Positions 37,101-49,640 are shown, numbered from the stretch's first letter. The stretch is DNA of 64,000 bases from Podarcis melisellensis (GCA_964234715.1 OZ174279.1); one strand, 5' to 3'. Notes: a model not told the origin generated them from the sequence alone. A program made the numbers and translations.

Positions 37101-40100
37101 GGGGCATTTTTAAATGAGGAGAAAGAGTCTCCCCACTACCACCAAGCACTCCTAGATAAAATTCTGAATTAATCCTCCTGGTGCCCTTCAGCACACTCAA
37201 GCTTTTCCCAACACACCAATCTCTTTACCTTGCACACTCGAGCCACCCTGGCTACTCTGGGCACTTGTGCCTTGTCAAATACAGAAGTGCTCTCCTCTCC
37301 TGCTCTCTCGGTGAAGAAGTAGTAGATCTTGTCATCATCGCCCACAGGGTTGCGCACACTCTCCCTGACCAGCACGGAGGCCACAAACTCAGCATCTGAA
37401 AACACCAAGGAGAGAGGGAAAGGGTTGGCACAATATTTAGGAGAGAGCTACCAAAGGAGGCACTAGATGGTGTTCACACAGCAACTCTAAATGATCTCAA
37501 GCCTGGGTGTCATGGCTATGGGATAGGTCACAGAGAGGGGAACTAGGAACAAACTGGGTTCAGATCTATCCAGGAGTCAGTTAGGCTCCTTCCTGCAGTG
37601 GAATAGGACACGCTCTGGCTTCAGAGTTGGGAAGAGTACAGCCACTACCTAGGGCCTTACAAACACAAGACTTCCTCCACCTCCAGTGTGGGAAGAGACA
37701 AGAGATCCCAGAGGTACTGCTCTGGGATTAGTGGGGCTTACCATTCAACCAGTGCAAGGGGGATTCTTCAGTCTTCAGAATCCTCTGGTGCCTGTTGCGT
37801 CGGATGTCTGGCAGGCTGCGGAATTCGTAGCGCGTTGCCGTATATAAACTGCCATCTGCGAGACAATGCAGCAAAAGTAGTAAGGAAAGGCCAGTTTTCT
37901 GAATGGTTTTGCTCATGGATGTGTCTGATCAATATCCCTCTAATAAAGCTTGGCCCAAAAGGCTTCTTTCCTTGTTAAGCTAACCCTTCTGCACCTGCTC
38001 TAAGCAGGAAGAGCACACCCTTGATAACAACCACACACCCGCTCCCGAGATTTATTGACTTTGGCCATTGTGTGTGCCGGTGCCTAATAACTCCCTTACA
38101 GAGCTAGGTACCAAGAGAGCATTCGAGGAATAACCAGAGCATCACCTACCCATGAATTCCCTGTCATTTTGTCATGCGGCAGCACCTGGTTGGTTTATGA
38201 CTCCGGCCACATTTAGAGTGGAAGAGAAGCAGCCGCACCAGGTGGCTAGAGAGGCCGAGGTGCTGCACAGGCAGGGAGATTACAGCTGCTCTGACATCAA
38301 AAAGAGCAAGGAAACTTAAGTGCTGGAAGGGATGGGGGAGATGGAGATGCAGTGGGCCCTCAGGATGACGAGCGAGCATGGTCTTCCTCTGGAGCACCAC
38401 ACCCCCACTCAAAGGAGGCACTGCCTGCTCTTCCCACTCCAGCTGGATTCCAAGCCGAACTGTTATACGGAGGAGAAAGCACATACATACCCACAATGAG
38501 ACCTGTGTAGCCCCGGGCGGGGTCGTAAGGGCATTTTTCCTTCCCTTCCTCAAAGTGAGAGGGCAGTGTGAACTTGTTGGTATCCTGCAGAACACAAAGA
38601 GAAGAAACAGATCAACCTCTGGGCAGGGGATCATAGGATTTGCTTGCATCCATTAAAGTAATCAATACCTCTGATGATCCTGAAGACCAAAGGCCTCCAC
38701 TTGGAAACAAACAAGTAGGACAGTTCTTTCAGAGGGAAGAGAAGAGACAGGTCTTCAGGGCCCGTCAGATCCTGCTCTCCAAAGGTAACAATGGAATGCT
38801 TTTTGTGGCAAAGACTCTCATTCCTTCACAACCCTCATTGCCCAAGGGTCTCCCACTGAGCTGAAGTTCCAGTAGTGCTGATTGCTAGGTCTAGGCCACA
38901 TCCACACTGTACATTTAAAAGCACAGTTGTTTTTTCTCAGCACTTAGTTGACGATTCCGCAGTAATCTTCATATAGGTTGGTGGTATTATGCCCAATGTT
39001 CAGACGAGAGGTCAAGGTTCAGAGAACAACAGCTTAGCTCAGATGAGCCAACAAATTCAAGGATGAGCTGAGATGTGAATCAGGGACTGCCAGCTCGTTA
39101 CTCATGCTCTGGGCATTACAACTTGTTGCCATTTTTATATCATTATCTTCACAACAATCTCTGGAGATCACCCACTGGGCTGCCACAAGCATGGAAGTTC
39201 AAGGCTTAGCACAGATCTAAAACCAACATCTGCCACTTCCAAAACACTGTGCTCTGCATCACACTGATTTAGAAACCTGCATGAGTACCATCACAATGTA
39301 CGCAACAGAATCTGGATGTTTGGTGAAATATTTATTTATATGCCACCTTTCCACAGTGAGCTGTGCCCAAAGTGGCTTACCACAAATACACACTTATCTT
39401 AATTCAAAGCATTGAGGTGGTGATAAACTGTGTCCAGTTGCTTCAGTTTCTATTTTGGACAATCAAACCATCCAATTCTCCACTAAGAATATAAACAGTC
39501 CTTTGTTTTATGTGTGCTTCTTTCATGTTTGATTCCTCCCCCCACCCCATCCCATTTAAGCTGGTGTCAGTGAAGGAAGTGTGTTTACACTGAAACGCAA
39601 ACACTGATGAGAATGCATCATAGCTTTATTCCAACTTCATGGAAATGTTTTCACTGATCTCTGCCTTTCCTTTCCTAAAATAACTTCAGTAACTCCCTCT
39701 GATTATAAAAGGAATCCAAATACCAAGCGCCAAAGAAGAAGCCTGATCCTATGTATGCTTGTTCAGATTTAAAGTCTTGATATCTATGTGACCAATGGAG
39801 CAAGTTAAGTGTGCATGTCAGACAACTCCAATTACTGAACCACCAACTGGCTCCCAGGTGCAATTCAAGGTGCTGGTTTTCACCATAAAGCCCTAAATAG
39901 ATGGGACCAAGATAACTCAAGCACTGCTGCCTCCCACCTGAACCTGCTCAATTTCACCAGTCTTTGGAGGAGATCCTGTTCAATTTTCCATTTGTAGGGT
40001 AGCCCTCTGTTGTACAAAACAAGCCAGGGATCAGGTCCAAATCTTATTATTTCATTTTTTAGTGATTCAGGGGCTTCAGTCAGTTGGATCTGAACTTTTA

Positions 40101-43100
40101 GCTAAAAGAAGCAGGACCATTTCTGGGATAGGATTCTGAATAAACTATAATTCTTGGCTCCGGGTGTGGTGTGCAGTTCAAAGTGCAAACTAACCTGGCT
40201 GAGCAGTTTGTACAAACATGGATCCCAATATATAGACACTGAACTCTGAGCCTCAGCTTAGTGCTGACCCAAGATAAGGCAGGTGAGCACAGAGAACTTC
40301 TTGCCTTTCACCAGTCCATGAAGACCTCCAGGTTTTGGCAGACTGTGTTTGTGTGTGTTTTAGCATCAGTCTGAATCTAATGTTGTTACTGGGTTTTCTT
40401 TCTTTTTGGTCTTCCCACTGGCTTTACATTTTGCTGCTGCTTTGGTTTTCTCTTACGTTGTTTTCTTGTTAGAGTTAATCTTTATTTTATTTTTGCTTCT
40501 CTGCTGGTCACCATTTGATATTTTTTGAAAAGCAAGGTAGATAGCAAAAGATAAAGAGGACTGTAGTTGATTGCAGCATTCCAACAGCAGAGAGTAGCAG
40601 AACCTGCTGCTGGCTAACAAATGGCACCTTTTCCTGCTGTTCATAGAATCCATAGATCAGTCAAAAATACTGGGCTCTTTTCCAAACAACTTATTTCCAG
40701 CAGGAGACTAATGCTTTGGAGGGTGCTCAGATGAGAGCACCAGGCACTTGTGGAGGGTTTGTTTGTAAAGAAAAGAGCAGGAATGCAGGGAATTCTTTAA
40801 CAGTTTTGAGAACAGGTATTATAAAGAAAACCCATGCTCGGGGGGGGGGGGGCACAGAGGAAATTATTAAACCATCAGTGATGGATGGTACTGATGGCTT
40901 TTTTAAAAAGTGAACAACTCTACCGGCAAAGCAAAGAACAATAAAGAAGAGGTGGATGAAGGGGCTGCTAAACAGCAAAGTCTGTGAGGGTAGCTGTCCT
41001 TCAGGAGCCTCTTATGGCCCAATCACTATCAGAACAGGTAGGCTTTGGGTGTGATTCAGAGATAATGGATATAAAAAAAGGAGGCAGCTTGTGTGGAAAA
41101 TGTCTTGGCCAGAGCAGATTTTCAACCCTAACTGATGGATTTAAGCCTTTAGTTAGGCAGAGATGAGGCTAATGCTATCAATGTGTTCTCTTTCAAGCTG
41201 CCCGGCTTGCTTTGGAAAGGAGACCTCTGGGACAAGCTTCACAAAGCCCAGCTATTTTGAAGAAGCTATTCAAAGGTCACACATGTATCACAGTTTAAGC
41301 TGAGGCTGGGGTAGCGTCACTGTAACTGGTTCTAACCCAAGTGTATTTTACACAGAGATGTAGGAAGAGAGGCAATTGGGCAGTGAAGCTAAAAATGGCA
41401 TGCAGAAATGTGGCAAGGCACAAAAATGAGCACAAGATAGATGAGGCTGTCCAGGGCAAGCTCTGGATTATAGAAAATGTTATTAAAATAGAAGATGATC
41501 CATCTAAATGACTGTTTGAACAGGTGACAGGTATCTAGAGGCTGCAAATTGAGGGGGGAGGGGGAACAGCACCTTTGTTAGCCAGTATAGACGATTAGTT
41601 CAATGAAGGATGTTACCTCCTTGTTTCTATGACTGCTGCGACTCTGGGGAGCAACATGTTTCGAAGAATGAGGGCTGGTGGGACTCTGACATCCTGCATA
41701 AACATGCTGAGGAACTAGTACAGAGAGGTTCTCTAGCCAATGTGATCAATCTAAAGGTGGAACGGCCAAATTAGACTACAGAATCAATCACAATGTTCTT
41801 TGTCCAGCATGACCAATAGTTGATGCCACTGGTTTTATAATCTCTCTTCCTGAAAATATGGCCACTCTTTAACTCTGGAAGAGCTAACACTTTATTTCCC
41901 AGAGAGATGTTCAATTATTATTTGACAAATTTATCTAAAATATCATGTGTTGGTGTCAATGACAAAAGACTACATACTTGCTTTCTGATCTTTGACCCTA
42001 ACACTCAAAACATCACAATAATAGCTACCTGCTACATTACTGGAATTCTAAGGTTGCATTCTTAAATAAATTTACTTAGGAGTGAGCAGCATTGATCTGT
42101 ATGAGACTTTGTTCTGAGCAAACTTACAAAGGATTGCATTGTTAAGTGTGGCATGAGAATCAATAATTAAATAAAAAATAAACTTGGGGGGGGGGACAAT
42201 CATTGGCAAAGCCAAACCTGGACATTCTCCTATTGGTGGTCTAGCCCTGGAAAGTGAAATTGCACTAGGTTGGCTCCAACAATTAGTTTTGGAACAAAAT
42301 AGTAAGCCTTAGCTTTTTGACTCTGCTGCTTTAAGCATGATGCAGGAAACACTACTGGGTGGTAGAGGAAAGTTCAAATAAGTCACTTGCAGTATTGGCA
42401 ACAGAGCAGAAGTATGAGTTTAAAGTCCTCGATCATCAGAATAAATGGTGAGTTGCCTAAACTGACAAGGTTCTCCCCACATACATCACTAGTAGGGCGA
42501 TGTGCCTCAGGTAGGAGGCATTGCCATCACCGAAAGGGTACAGTTTGCCCCTCTGCTCTTTTTTATTGCTTTCCTTTTATTAATGTCTGCCTTCGTAAAA
42601 CGAGAGGCTTGTACACAAATTAACAAACTGCAGACACTTTTTACTAAAGTCCCATCTTGCCCCAAATCCAAAAAAGGGAGGCAGGAGGAGGAGGTCCATC
42701 ATACAGCTCCAAAGCTGTGTGTGCGTTTGGGTCTGAACATACATCAAGAACCATTTAAAAAGGTAAAGGACCCCTGACAGTTAAGTCCAGTCACAAATGA
42801 CTCTGGGGTTGTGGCGCTCCCAAGGCTCAATGGTTTAGACCACAGCACCACCTGGTTTAGACCACAGCGCCACATGGTTCCCTAAAGAACCATTACCTTG
42901 CAACAAAAACAAATGCTTCAGGAAAGATGGGTTCTGCTAACTGAGAAACAGCTTCATAATAACACCTCCATTATCACCCCAAATTGCCTGCAAAGCTCTT
43001 TAAATGGCTTGCTTATCAAAGCTCCTTTGTGTATCCAGCCGCTAGCTTACACTGATGATGATTTTCTATTGTATTTCTAGTATGAATGTGTATCTAGTGC

Positions 43101-43786
43101 AAGTGTGTATTCTTACCCTCCCACCAAGGAGCTCAGGATGGTGTGTATACAAGGAGCCCAGGCTGACCTTTAACCCCTCACAACAATGCCACAAGGTAGT
43201 CCATCTGAGAAAGAGTGACTTCCTAAGATCATTCATGAACCACATGGCTGAGTAGGGATTTTAACCCTGGGGCAGGAGTCACCTAACCAGCACTATAAGT
43301 GGACTTCTGCTTGCATAACAGGGCTTTCTCCTCCACCTCCCTCCATGTGCCCCCCAATTGACTCTGGGTCTGGAGAACCCCCACAGCAGCACGCGGGGGG
43401 GGGGCAGTTGTCATTAGCAAAGCTTGCACAGATGAAACAACTGGAAGAGTGCAATGCAGAATTCCACCCGATTTCCCAGGTTCCAGTCCAATATTCTATT
43501 CACTATGCCAAACAGCAGGAAAGCATCCCAATGTTAACACATTGAATGTGAATTTAAAGGAATGAAAGAAAGGCATTCTTATGCTTCTCAGGGTCTGCCT
43601 ATGATGAAAGACAAGATGCCACCCCCCTCCCATGTAGAGAAGCAGAGTCGAATGACAGTTGAATCTTATTTCCAGACTGGCACTGGGCACACACAGTTCT
43701 GTCCTCCACAGAGGGGAACAGGGGGAAGGGGCTGCTGTCATAGAAATTTGTATGATTATATATTAAAAACTAATATAGAAATTTAA

Positions 43787-43822
<36 letters not shown>

Positions 43823-45944
43823 CAGTGCCCCCACACTAGGCCACCTGAGATGGTTCTCTCATTGCCTAATGGTGGGGTTGGCCTTTTCCTTTAGTTCTTT
43901 ATGCAGACAGTATGTTAGCAAACCCATGGGCAAGGCACCTTAAAGCATCAGTCCAGGTTCTTAGGCTTCCCAGAAATCAACAGCCAGCCTTGGAGAACAA
44001 AACACCAGGAAGAGAGAGCCTCCCCACACATTTCCCTCCTTCTGGCAGGCAGTAAAAATTTGTTCTGGTCTTCATGACCTTTCCGTTCCTTGGCAGGAAT
44101 TACTGACACAGGAGCCAGGATTTGGGATTGGTTTGTTGTCCTGGATACCTGCCTATAGAGTTCATCTACAACCAGTTCCATGTGCAGAAAAGTTAATCTG
44201 AGTGATTTTCAGTTGGTTTCTGACTGGCTAATAATATTGCACAGCTTCTGGAACCAAATAATATTGCACAGCTTCTGGAACCAAAGGGCATGGCTGACAT
44301 CTGCCTGTCAGTCAGTTTCAGTGCAAAGAGGGACTCCCAACAAGGCAGTGGAGGAGATTCTTTTGCTTCTTTTACTCACAATGTATGTGCAGAGCGGGTG
44401 GAAGGCATATGTGCCACAGGCATACAGGTGGGTTGTGTTCAGCCGTTGCAAAAGCTTGACATGGTTGTAACACTCTGTCTGCAAAAGAGGAAGGGAGGGT
44501 GTCATTTGCACAAGAGTCCTGACAATGGCCTGTTCATCAGCTACAGGCACAAACAGGTCAGAAGCGAAGGAACAGAGACAAAAAGGCAGAGACTTATGGA
44601 GCACATACCTTGTTGTTTTTGCCCTTTTTCAAGCAGTCTCCCCGCTTCTCAGGAGAGGCTTCCCAATCAATCTACAAAGTTAAACACAAAGCAGGATCAT
44701 TATTCACTGGGGCATCCCAGCCCAGGAAATAGTGGTGGAGCGTGACATTAAGAAGCAAGCCCCGTGAAACTCACAAGAGCTCTTCAAAGTTCACACTTCG
44801 CCTTCCCCCAGAATAAGTGGATTTATTTAAGTGCAAAGCGGGGGAGCACTGCAGGTGTTTGTAGCCCATTTGCTTTTAAAGGTCCTTGACTGAAATGAGA
44901 ACCTGGCTGTTACAAATACCATAAGGAAGCAGCAGGGAGAAAGGGAGAGGGAAGGAGACCAAAAAAGCAAGTGGTTTTCAGTAGAGGGTGGCTGCTGTTT
45001 TCATTTTTACATGGCTCGAGAGCTCCCTTCCCATTTTGCATTAAAAACAAGGGCACAGAAAAGAAACTGTACTGAGATAAAGGGCCTCAAAGGAGAGTGA
45101 ACAAATGTTATACCTGGTAAGAGGCACCAGAGACTTCCAGGTACTTTAAAGGACCTTTGTGTACTTCAGCAAGGGCAACCAATATGGTGCCCTCAAGGTG
45201 TTGTTAGACTCTAACTCCCAGCAGCCCCAGCCAGTATGACCAATGGTCAAGGATGGTGGGAGCTGTAGTTCAGGAACCCATTGGCTACCAGTGAGGGTTG
45301 GCCCCAGCCCATTCCACTAACATGGGAGGTGGACAAAAGGGTCCATATCTGTCTATATCTGTTGTGGAAGCTAGATTTGATGACAGATGCATCCATTTTT
45401 AATGAGGAGGCATTTATCAGTTTTTCAGAGCAGATTGTTTTCAGTGGTGACTCTAATGTAACAAAGGCTGCATGCAGGCATACATTATTCCAGCAATGAG
45501 TCTGCTGTGGAAATGCACTCATCACGTATTTTACACATATGCAATAAGATTTGGGGTGAAATCTAGTCTACTTTAGAGCAGAAATTTGATATGCACAGCA
45601 CTGATTGGCCATTTGCTGACTCAGTCATGAAGCCATGGTCCCTCCCCAATCAAAGCAGATTCTAAAGTTTAAATAAAGAGAAAGCTGTGCTTGTTCTTCC
45701 TTGAAGGTACAAATGTAGCCCTAAATGGGTTTGGAAACCAAAATTTGCAAAGGGAATTAACTGTGAACATGCCAGTGGGATAAAGCTGCACTTACTGTCC
45801 GATGGGAGCCATCAGAAACGTTGCTGGAATTTAAGGAGAATATGGCCCCCCTGGCCCCAACATAAAGAATTCCCTTCTCATCCTCTAGCAGGAGGGTAGT
45901 GTAGTTCTGGGCATGGCTGCTAAAACGTCTTGCAGTGGTCAAAT
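21324..45944 (-). CDS. SEMA4G: Semaphorin-4G, 5'-partial: 13 coding exons, 2411 nt (about 803 aa); Sema, PSI, Ig-like, TM, Pro-rich tail, PDZ-binding ESSV
   Basis: Exons join in frame with GT-AG. C-terminus [11 protein letters not shown]...[24 protein letters not shown] is characteristic of SEMA4G. Synteny with MRPL43/TWNK as in human 10q24. Confidence 0.95.
22885..22946 (-). CDS. SEMA4G: SEMA4G coding exon ([14 protein letters not shown]...)
   Basis: cttag|G AGT ... CAG G|gtaaga; 62 nt; bridges phase 2 to phase 1. Confidence 0.9.
24237..24461. mobile_element. Tigger-like MITE, copy 2, in SEMA4G intron
   Basis: Same TIRs, TA TSD and internal sequence as copy 1. Confidence 0.9.
24519..24673 (-). 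CDS. SEMA4G: SEMA4G coding exon, PSI domain ([17 protein letters not shown])
   Basis: tttgcag|AGG ... GAC AG|gtaatt; 155 nt. Confidence 0.94.
24788..24954. mobile_element. TA-flanked MITE, Tc2-like termini
   Basis: ta|CTGTATTTTTCCATGTAGAAGAC ... CATCTTATACACGGAAAAACACAG|ta, imperfect TIR. Confidence 0.75.
26941..27056 (-). CDS. SEMA4G: SEMA4G coding exon (NGWIHKAVV...IIEEIQVF...KKQ)
   Basis: aacag|GT AAT ... CAG|gtacat; 116 nt. Confidence 0.93.
27947..28169 (-). CDS. SEMA4G: SEMA4G coding exon (CITSRARK...LHPLM...YDMLFLGT)
   Basis: ctgcag|TGC ... ACG G|gtaggt; 223 nt. Confidence 0.94.
28935..29079 (-). CDS. SEMA4G: SEMA4G coding exon ([11 protein letters not shown]...VPVPRPGS)
   Basis: tttcag|G AGG ... 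TCA|gtaagt; 145 nt. Confidence 0.94.
29794..30033. mobile_element. hAT (Charlie-like) non-autonomous element
   Basis: CAGGGGTAGACAACCT ... AGGTTGCTGACCCC termini and GGCCC(G) subterminal repeats; TSD not clearly preserved. Confidence 0.8.
33123..33292 (-). CDS. SEMA4G: SEMA4G coding exon ([23 protein letters not shown]...AQW)
   Basis: ttccag|AAT ... CAG TG|gtaagc; 170 nt. Confidence 0.94.
33490..33650 (+). mobile_element. Penelope-like element terminus
   Basis: gaagcggactataggtccacaaaagcttatg..aataaat..gtctttgatgtgcc resembles reptile Penelope ends (recall). Confidence 0.55.
37229..37395 (-). CDS. SEMA4G: SEMA4G coding exon (AEFVAS...[12 protein letters not shown]...[10 protein letters not shown])
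   Basis: ttcag|AT GCT ... AAG|gtaaag; 167 nt. Confidence 0.94.
37742..37855 (-). CDS. SEMA4G: SEMA4G coding exon ([18 protein letters not shown]...HWLN)
   Basis: cgcag|AT GGC ... AAT G|gtaagc; 114 nt. Confidence 0.94.
38491..38584 (-). CDS. SEMA4G: SEMA4G coding exon (DTNKFTL...[19 protein letters not shown])
   Basis: ctgcag|GAT ... GTG G|gtatgt; 94 nt. Confidence 0.93.
39835..39950 (+). mobile_element. Old L2-like LINE ORF2 fragment
   Basis: Decayed WLP..QFKVLV..KAL..GP.YL motif. Confidence 0.6.
42756..42884 (-). mobile_element. Internally deleted Sauria-type SINE
   Basis: Reverse strand has head (gtggcgctgtggtctaaacca) and tail (ccccagagtc...gactggacttaactgtcaggggtcctttacct); 10-bp TSD AAGAACCATT at 42746-42755 and 42885-42894. 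Confidence 0.85.
43785..43822. repeat. (AAAT)n microsatellite
   Basis: Seen directly. Confidence 0.95.
44230..44283. repeat. Perfect 27-bp tandem duplication
   Basis: AATAATATTGCACAGCTTCTGGAACCA x2. Confidence 0.95.
44380..44478 (-). CDS. SEMA4G: SEMA4G coding exon (TECYNHV...[15 protein letters not shown])
   Basis: ttgcag|ACA ... ATT|gtgagt; 99 nt. Confidence 0.94.
44609..44671 (-). CDS. SEMA4G: SEMA4G coding exon ([21 protein letters not shown])
   Basis: tttgtag|ATT ... AAG|gtatgt; 63 nt. Confidence 0.92.
45796..45944 (-). CDS. SEMA4G: SEMA4G coding exon (first found; LTTARRF...[13 protein letters not shown]...HRT)
   Basis: ccccag|AT TTG ... CGG ACA|gtaagt; 149 nt. Confidence 0.92.
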
Positions 45945-46802
45945 CTGGGGAAACAAACACAGGCTGTTTAAAAAGCAAGACCACAGAGGTTTCTTGGGCA
46001 CTCCAGGTACCCTGGAAGAGGCAGCTGAACTGAAGGCTCACTATTGTGCTGTCTGACATCTGTAAGATGGGAACAGAAAATTGCAAAAGTAAACCAAAAT
46101 GCGAATCAAGACAGAGTGTGGAATTGATCACTTTCAAGGGCCTGCAAAAATGATTTTCAAATATTATCCAATATATGCAGCAACTTTGGAAGGGGGGAAG
46201 CCTTTAAACCTTTCCATGGATAAATATTTAACCCAGAGATTGAAAAGATACAGACCCTGATCTTCAGCTCAATTACAGTAAATCAGAACACTTGGATCTT
46301 AAAATGAAGGGCAGACAGACCCTGCTGCATGCTTAATTGGTGGAAAGTCTCACTGCATACACTGGGGCTTATCCCCAAGTAGGAATGTGAAGGTTTGTAG
46401 CCTTAGTCCCACTACTGACGTCAAGAGGGATATGTAGAGGGATCAGCCCATGTGTTCTAACTTAACTTGTTTGTGCACCAGGTTGATAATGTTCTTCATT
46501 TGGCCAGAAAGGAAAAGATATTGTGAAGCCTCTTGTCATGCTGGCAATTCAATTGAAATCATGGGTGGAGAACACATAGTAATTATTTGAAATAGTGAAG
46601 TTGTCCGATATGGCTCTGAGCTGTTGCTTTAGGAGGACGCAGACCTGCAAGGCACCCCAATAGGCAGTACACTTTTTTAAAAAATCTCTAGACAGTATAC
46701 ATATTGAAAAGATAGGTACTGTTAAGAACCAGTCCCCTATTAGCATTGCAAGTTCCTTGTAAGATAAGGCAGCTCTCAGTTTTCCCACAGTTCTTGGGGT
46801 TG

Positions 46803-46960
46803 CCATAAGAACATAAGAAAAGCCTGCTGGATCAGGCCAATGACCCATCTAGTACAACATCCCAGCCTCACAGTGGCTGATCAGATGCCTGAAGGCATCA
46901 GCATTCCTCCTCCACCCACCGCCTGTGGTTTCTAGCAACTGGTATTCAGAAGCATACTGG
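46803..46960 (-). mobile_element. CR1-type 3' end with (TTCTTATG)n tail
   Basis: cataagaacataaga...gcctgctggatcaggcc is a common squamate CR1-type terminus in reverse (recall). Confidence 0.65.
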
Positions 46961-48537
46961 AAGATAAGGGAGGCATGAACTGCTACTCGGTGTTTCCTCT
47001 CCTCTTCATAGAGAGGGTGAATTTTGTTAGCAGAATGTTACATTTCTCAAACCCAATGCATTTCAAAATAAGCCAAATAGAATTTTTATAATGCAATAAT
47101 TTGAAATTTTAAATGGATTGCTACAAAGAAATATAAATATATATACACGTACATGATTATGACAAAGGGATATTGTGGGGGGCCCAAAATCTTAAAACAT
47201 TTAAAGAAGCAAACATAACTACCAAAAAGATGTCAGGTTTGAGGTGTTTTTACAGACTTAACAGCTCACTCCTACGCATGTTGACTCAGGAGTCCCATTG
47301 TGTTTAATGGTGCTTACTCCCCTGGGAGTGTATTTAGGGTTGGCGCCTTGAGCTTACTTGGGAGTCAGTCCTAATCAACTCCATGAGCCTTACATTAGGA
47401 TAAGCTTGACTAGGATCATGCCATTAACCACAAAAACAAATTAAACAGAGGTTCTAGCTAGCTGCTTAATATAAATCCCTCATAAGTTTCAAGTTGTAAA
47501 TCAAGCTGCCCAAAACTGCACAGCTCTCAATGTTGCCTATGCGGTAGTCATTCCTTCGGCTGGGTCAAAAATTACTGAATGGCTATTCCCTGGATCAACA
47601 TTATAAATTAATGGCTAAAACTCCAAATTGGGCAGCAAATATTTTGAGTACGAGTTCACCTTGCTTAGATTGGGAGTATTCCTAACTGGCCCAAATCTAT
47701 TTACTAGATTTCTTTTTAAAAAATAATATTTTATTAAAGCTTTTTCATAATATAGTAAGATAGAAGAAACTAAGGGGAACAAAAACAAAAACAGAGAAAG
47801 AGAAAAGAAAATGCAGAGTTCTCTCTCAAAGGTAGTTAATCCTTGTCTCACCCAGGAAGTGGTGGACCCTCTCACCTCTTACCAGGAAGCTTTCCTTTCT
47901 TCTCCCAGTCTTTCACATGAAGAAGTCTTCCCTTCCCTGCCTCTCACTAAGTATCCTTCCATCAACCATCTACTGTGGGTGTGGGGGTGTGGGGGTGTAA
48001 GTAATCTTTGGACACCAATAAGAGCCCAGATCAGAGGACACCGAAGGGGGGGAGAGAAGCTGCACCTTGTAAGCATAGGGACCTTTGCTCAAAAACTAAA
48101 CTCTAATTTTCCTCCATGTTTATTATGGGCATCCTTACTAGATCTCAATGCCTTCAACATGAATCTTTTTTTAAAAAAAACAGGGCAAAACCCCACTGCT
48201 GGCTTGTTGTCATGATTGATCCAGTATCTGCTGCATCTCAAGTTCCCATTAAAACTGTTTTACTGTGAGTGTGATGACATCTGAAACTGCTTTTCATTTG
48301 AAAGATTGATTGAGTTCTGTGGGATTTACTTCTAGGTAAGTAGACACTAGGTAAGTAGCATTGCAGCCTAGATGTCTTCGCCAACACTATCTGGTCCCTT
48401 AATTTAGACCCCAGAAAGCACAGCCATCAAGCTGTCATGTTCTGGGATCCCGGGAGCTGGCCATCCACCCAAATACCCCAAGTGTAGTCTAAAGCAGGCA
48501 AGAACCAAGGTTCAGAGCAGCAAACAAGAACCAAAGA

Positions 48538-48602
48538 TAGGGTTGCCATATTTCAAAAAGTGAAAATCCAGACAGAAACATTGTTGACGCATGGCAACCC
48601 TA
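48538..48602. mobile_element. 65-bp hAT-like mini-element
   Basis: Perfect 12-bp TIR TAGGGTTGCCAT/ATGGCAACCCTA flanked by direct repeat CCAAAGA. Related ends near 35660-35700 and 57684-57860. Confidence 0.75.
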
Positions 48603-49474
48603 CCAAAGAGGCAACTATATAGTCCAGGTAAGGCAGAGTCTTTACACTAGAGTCAAGTGGCTTAAACTAAGGAGCTAGTTCTGAGGCTAGGGTATTAAAA
48701 GGCCTGGTGCTCTAAGACTGACCCATAGAGTCAGCTGACTGGATGTCCAGATTAGTGCTGCAGCCTTGAACTCCACAGTCTGCCAGGCTCATTAAAGGAA
48801 TTGAGCAATGGGGAGCAGGAGGTAAGCTGGAAGCCCTGGTTTGACACACACACACACATATACACACACCCCTGGACTTCAGCCTTAATGCTTGCACACC
48901 GTGACCTGTTCTGGTTTTTCGTCTCTCTCTCTCTCTGGCTACCTCATGTCCCAAACTCTTCTGTTGTGGGTATCAATCAAGAGTTTGAACAGGGCATGCA
49001 GAAGAAATGCAGTCAGAAGTTATGCTCTGTGTAACAGTGAAAACTGATTATGGAAGATTCCTTCCAACTTACAAAGCCCATATTTTTCAAGGGGAATTTC
49101 AAGTATACCATGGAAATGCATGTTTTCAGGAGCCGAGGTGTGTGGGCAAGTGAATGAAAGGGAAGGTGGATAAACTGAATCAGTATCTGACTGCTTGAGA
49201 ATGCGAGTCCTCATTCCCTATGGGAGCACTGAAGGAAGCAGAAAACCATATATAAATATACTGAGGCAAACCGTAATACACCCAGAGGAATTTAACCCTA
49301 GCCTTGTCCAAGCTGCAGTGAAAAACCAATTGAATTTCCTCCGGTTGTTATTAGAGCACCACATTTTTATAGCAAAAGCACCCCTTTCAGACAAGTGCCT
49401 AAACTCCTACTGAAAATTGATCAATATTGTGTTCCAACCCTTCTTATATAGCCTGCTATTAAGTGAAAATGAGA

Positions 49475-49640
49475 AAGGGGCACATCCACACTATACATTC
49501 ACAGCACATGGCTTCCCCAAAGCATCTTGGGAATTGTAGTTTACACCTCACAGAGCTCCAGCCCCCTGCACCCTGCATTACAGTTCTCAGGGAGTCTTTG
49601 GAGGAAGCCATGAGCTGTAAATGTCTGGTGTAGATGCAAG
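49475..49640. mobile_element. Palindromic MITE (CATCCACAC...GTGTAGATG ends)
   Basis: Imperfect long inverted repeat (catggcttcc / ggaagccatg). Confidence 0.65.

Noticed and set aside
38585-44379. MIR608 orthologue in a SEMA4G intron
   Set aside because: MIR608 is a primate-lineage miRNA (recall); no supporting hairpin seen.
46780-46810. 'ATPRTV' (and 'ATPRR' near 53050-53070) as the missing SEMA4G first coding exon
   Set aside because: No hydrophobic signal peptide and no suitably placed phase-1 donor; the first abuts a CR1 tail.
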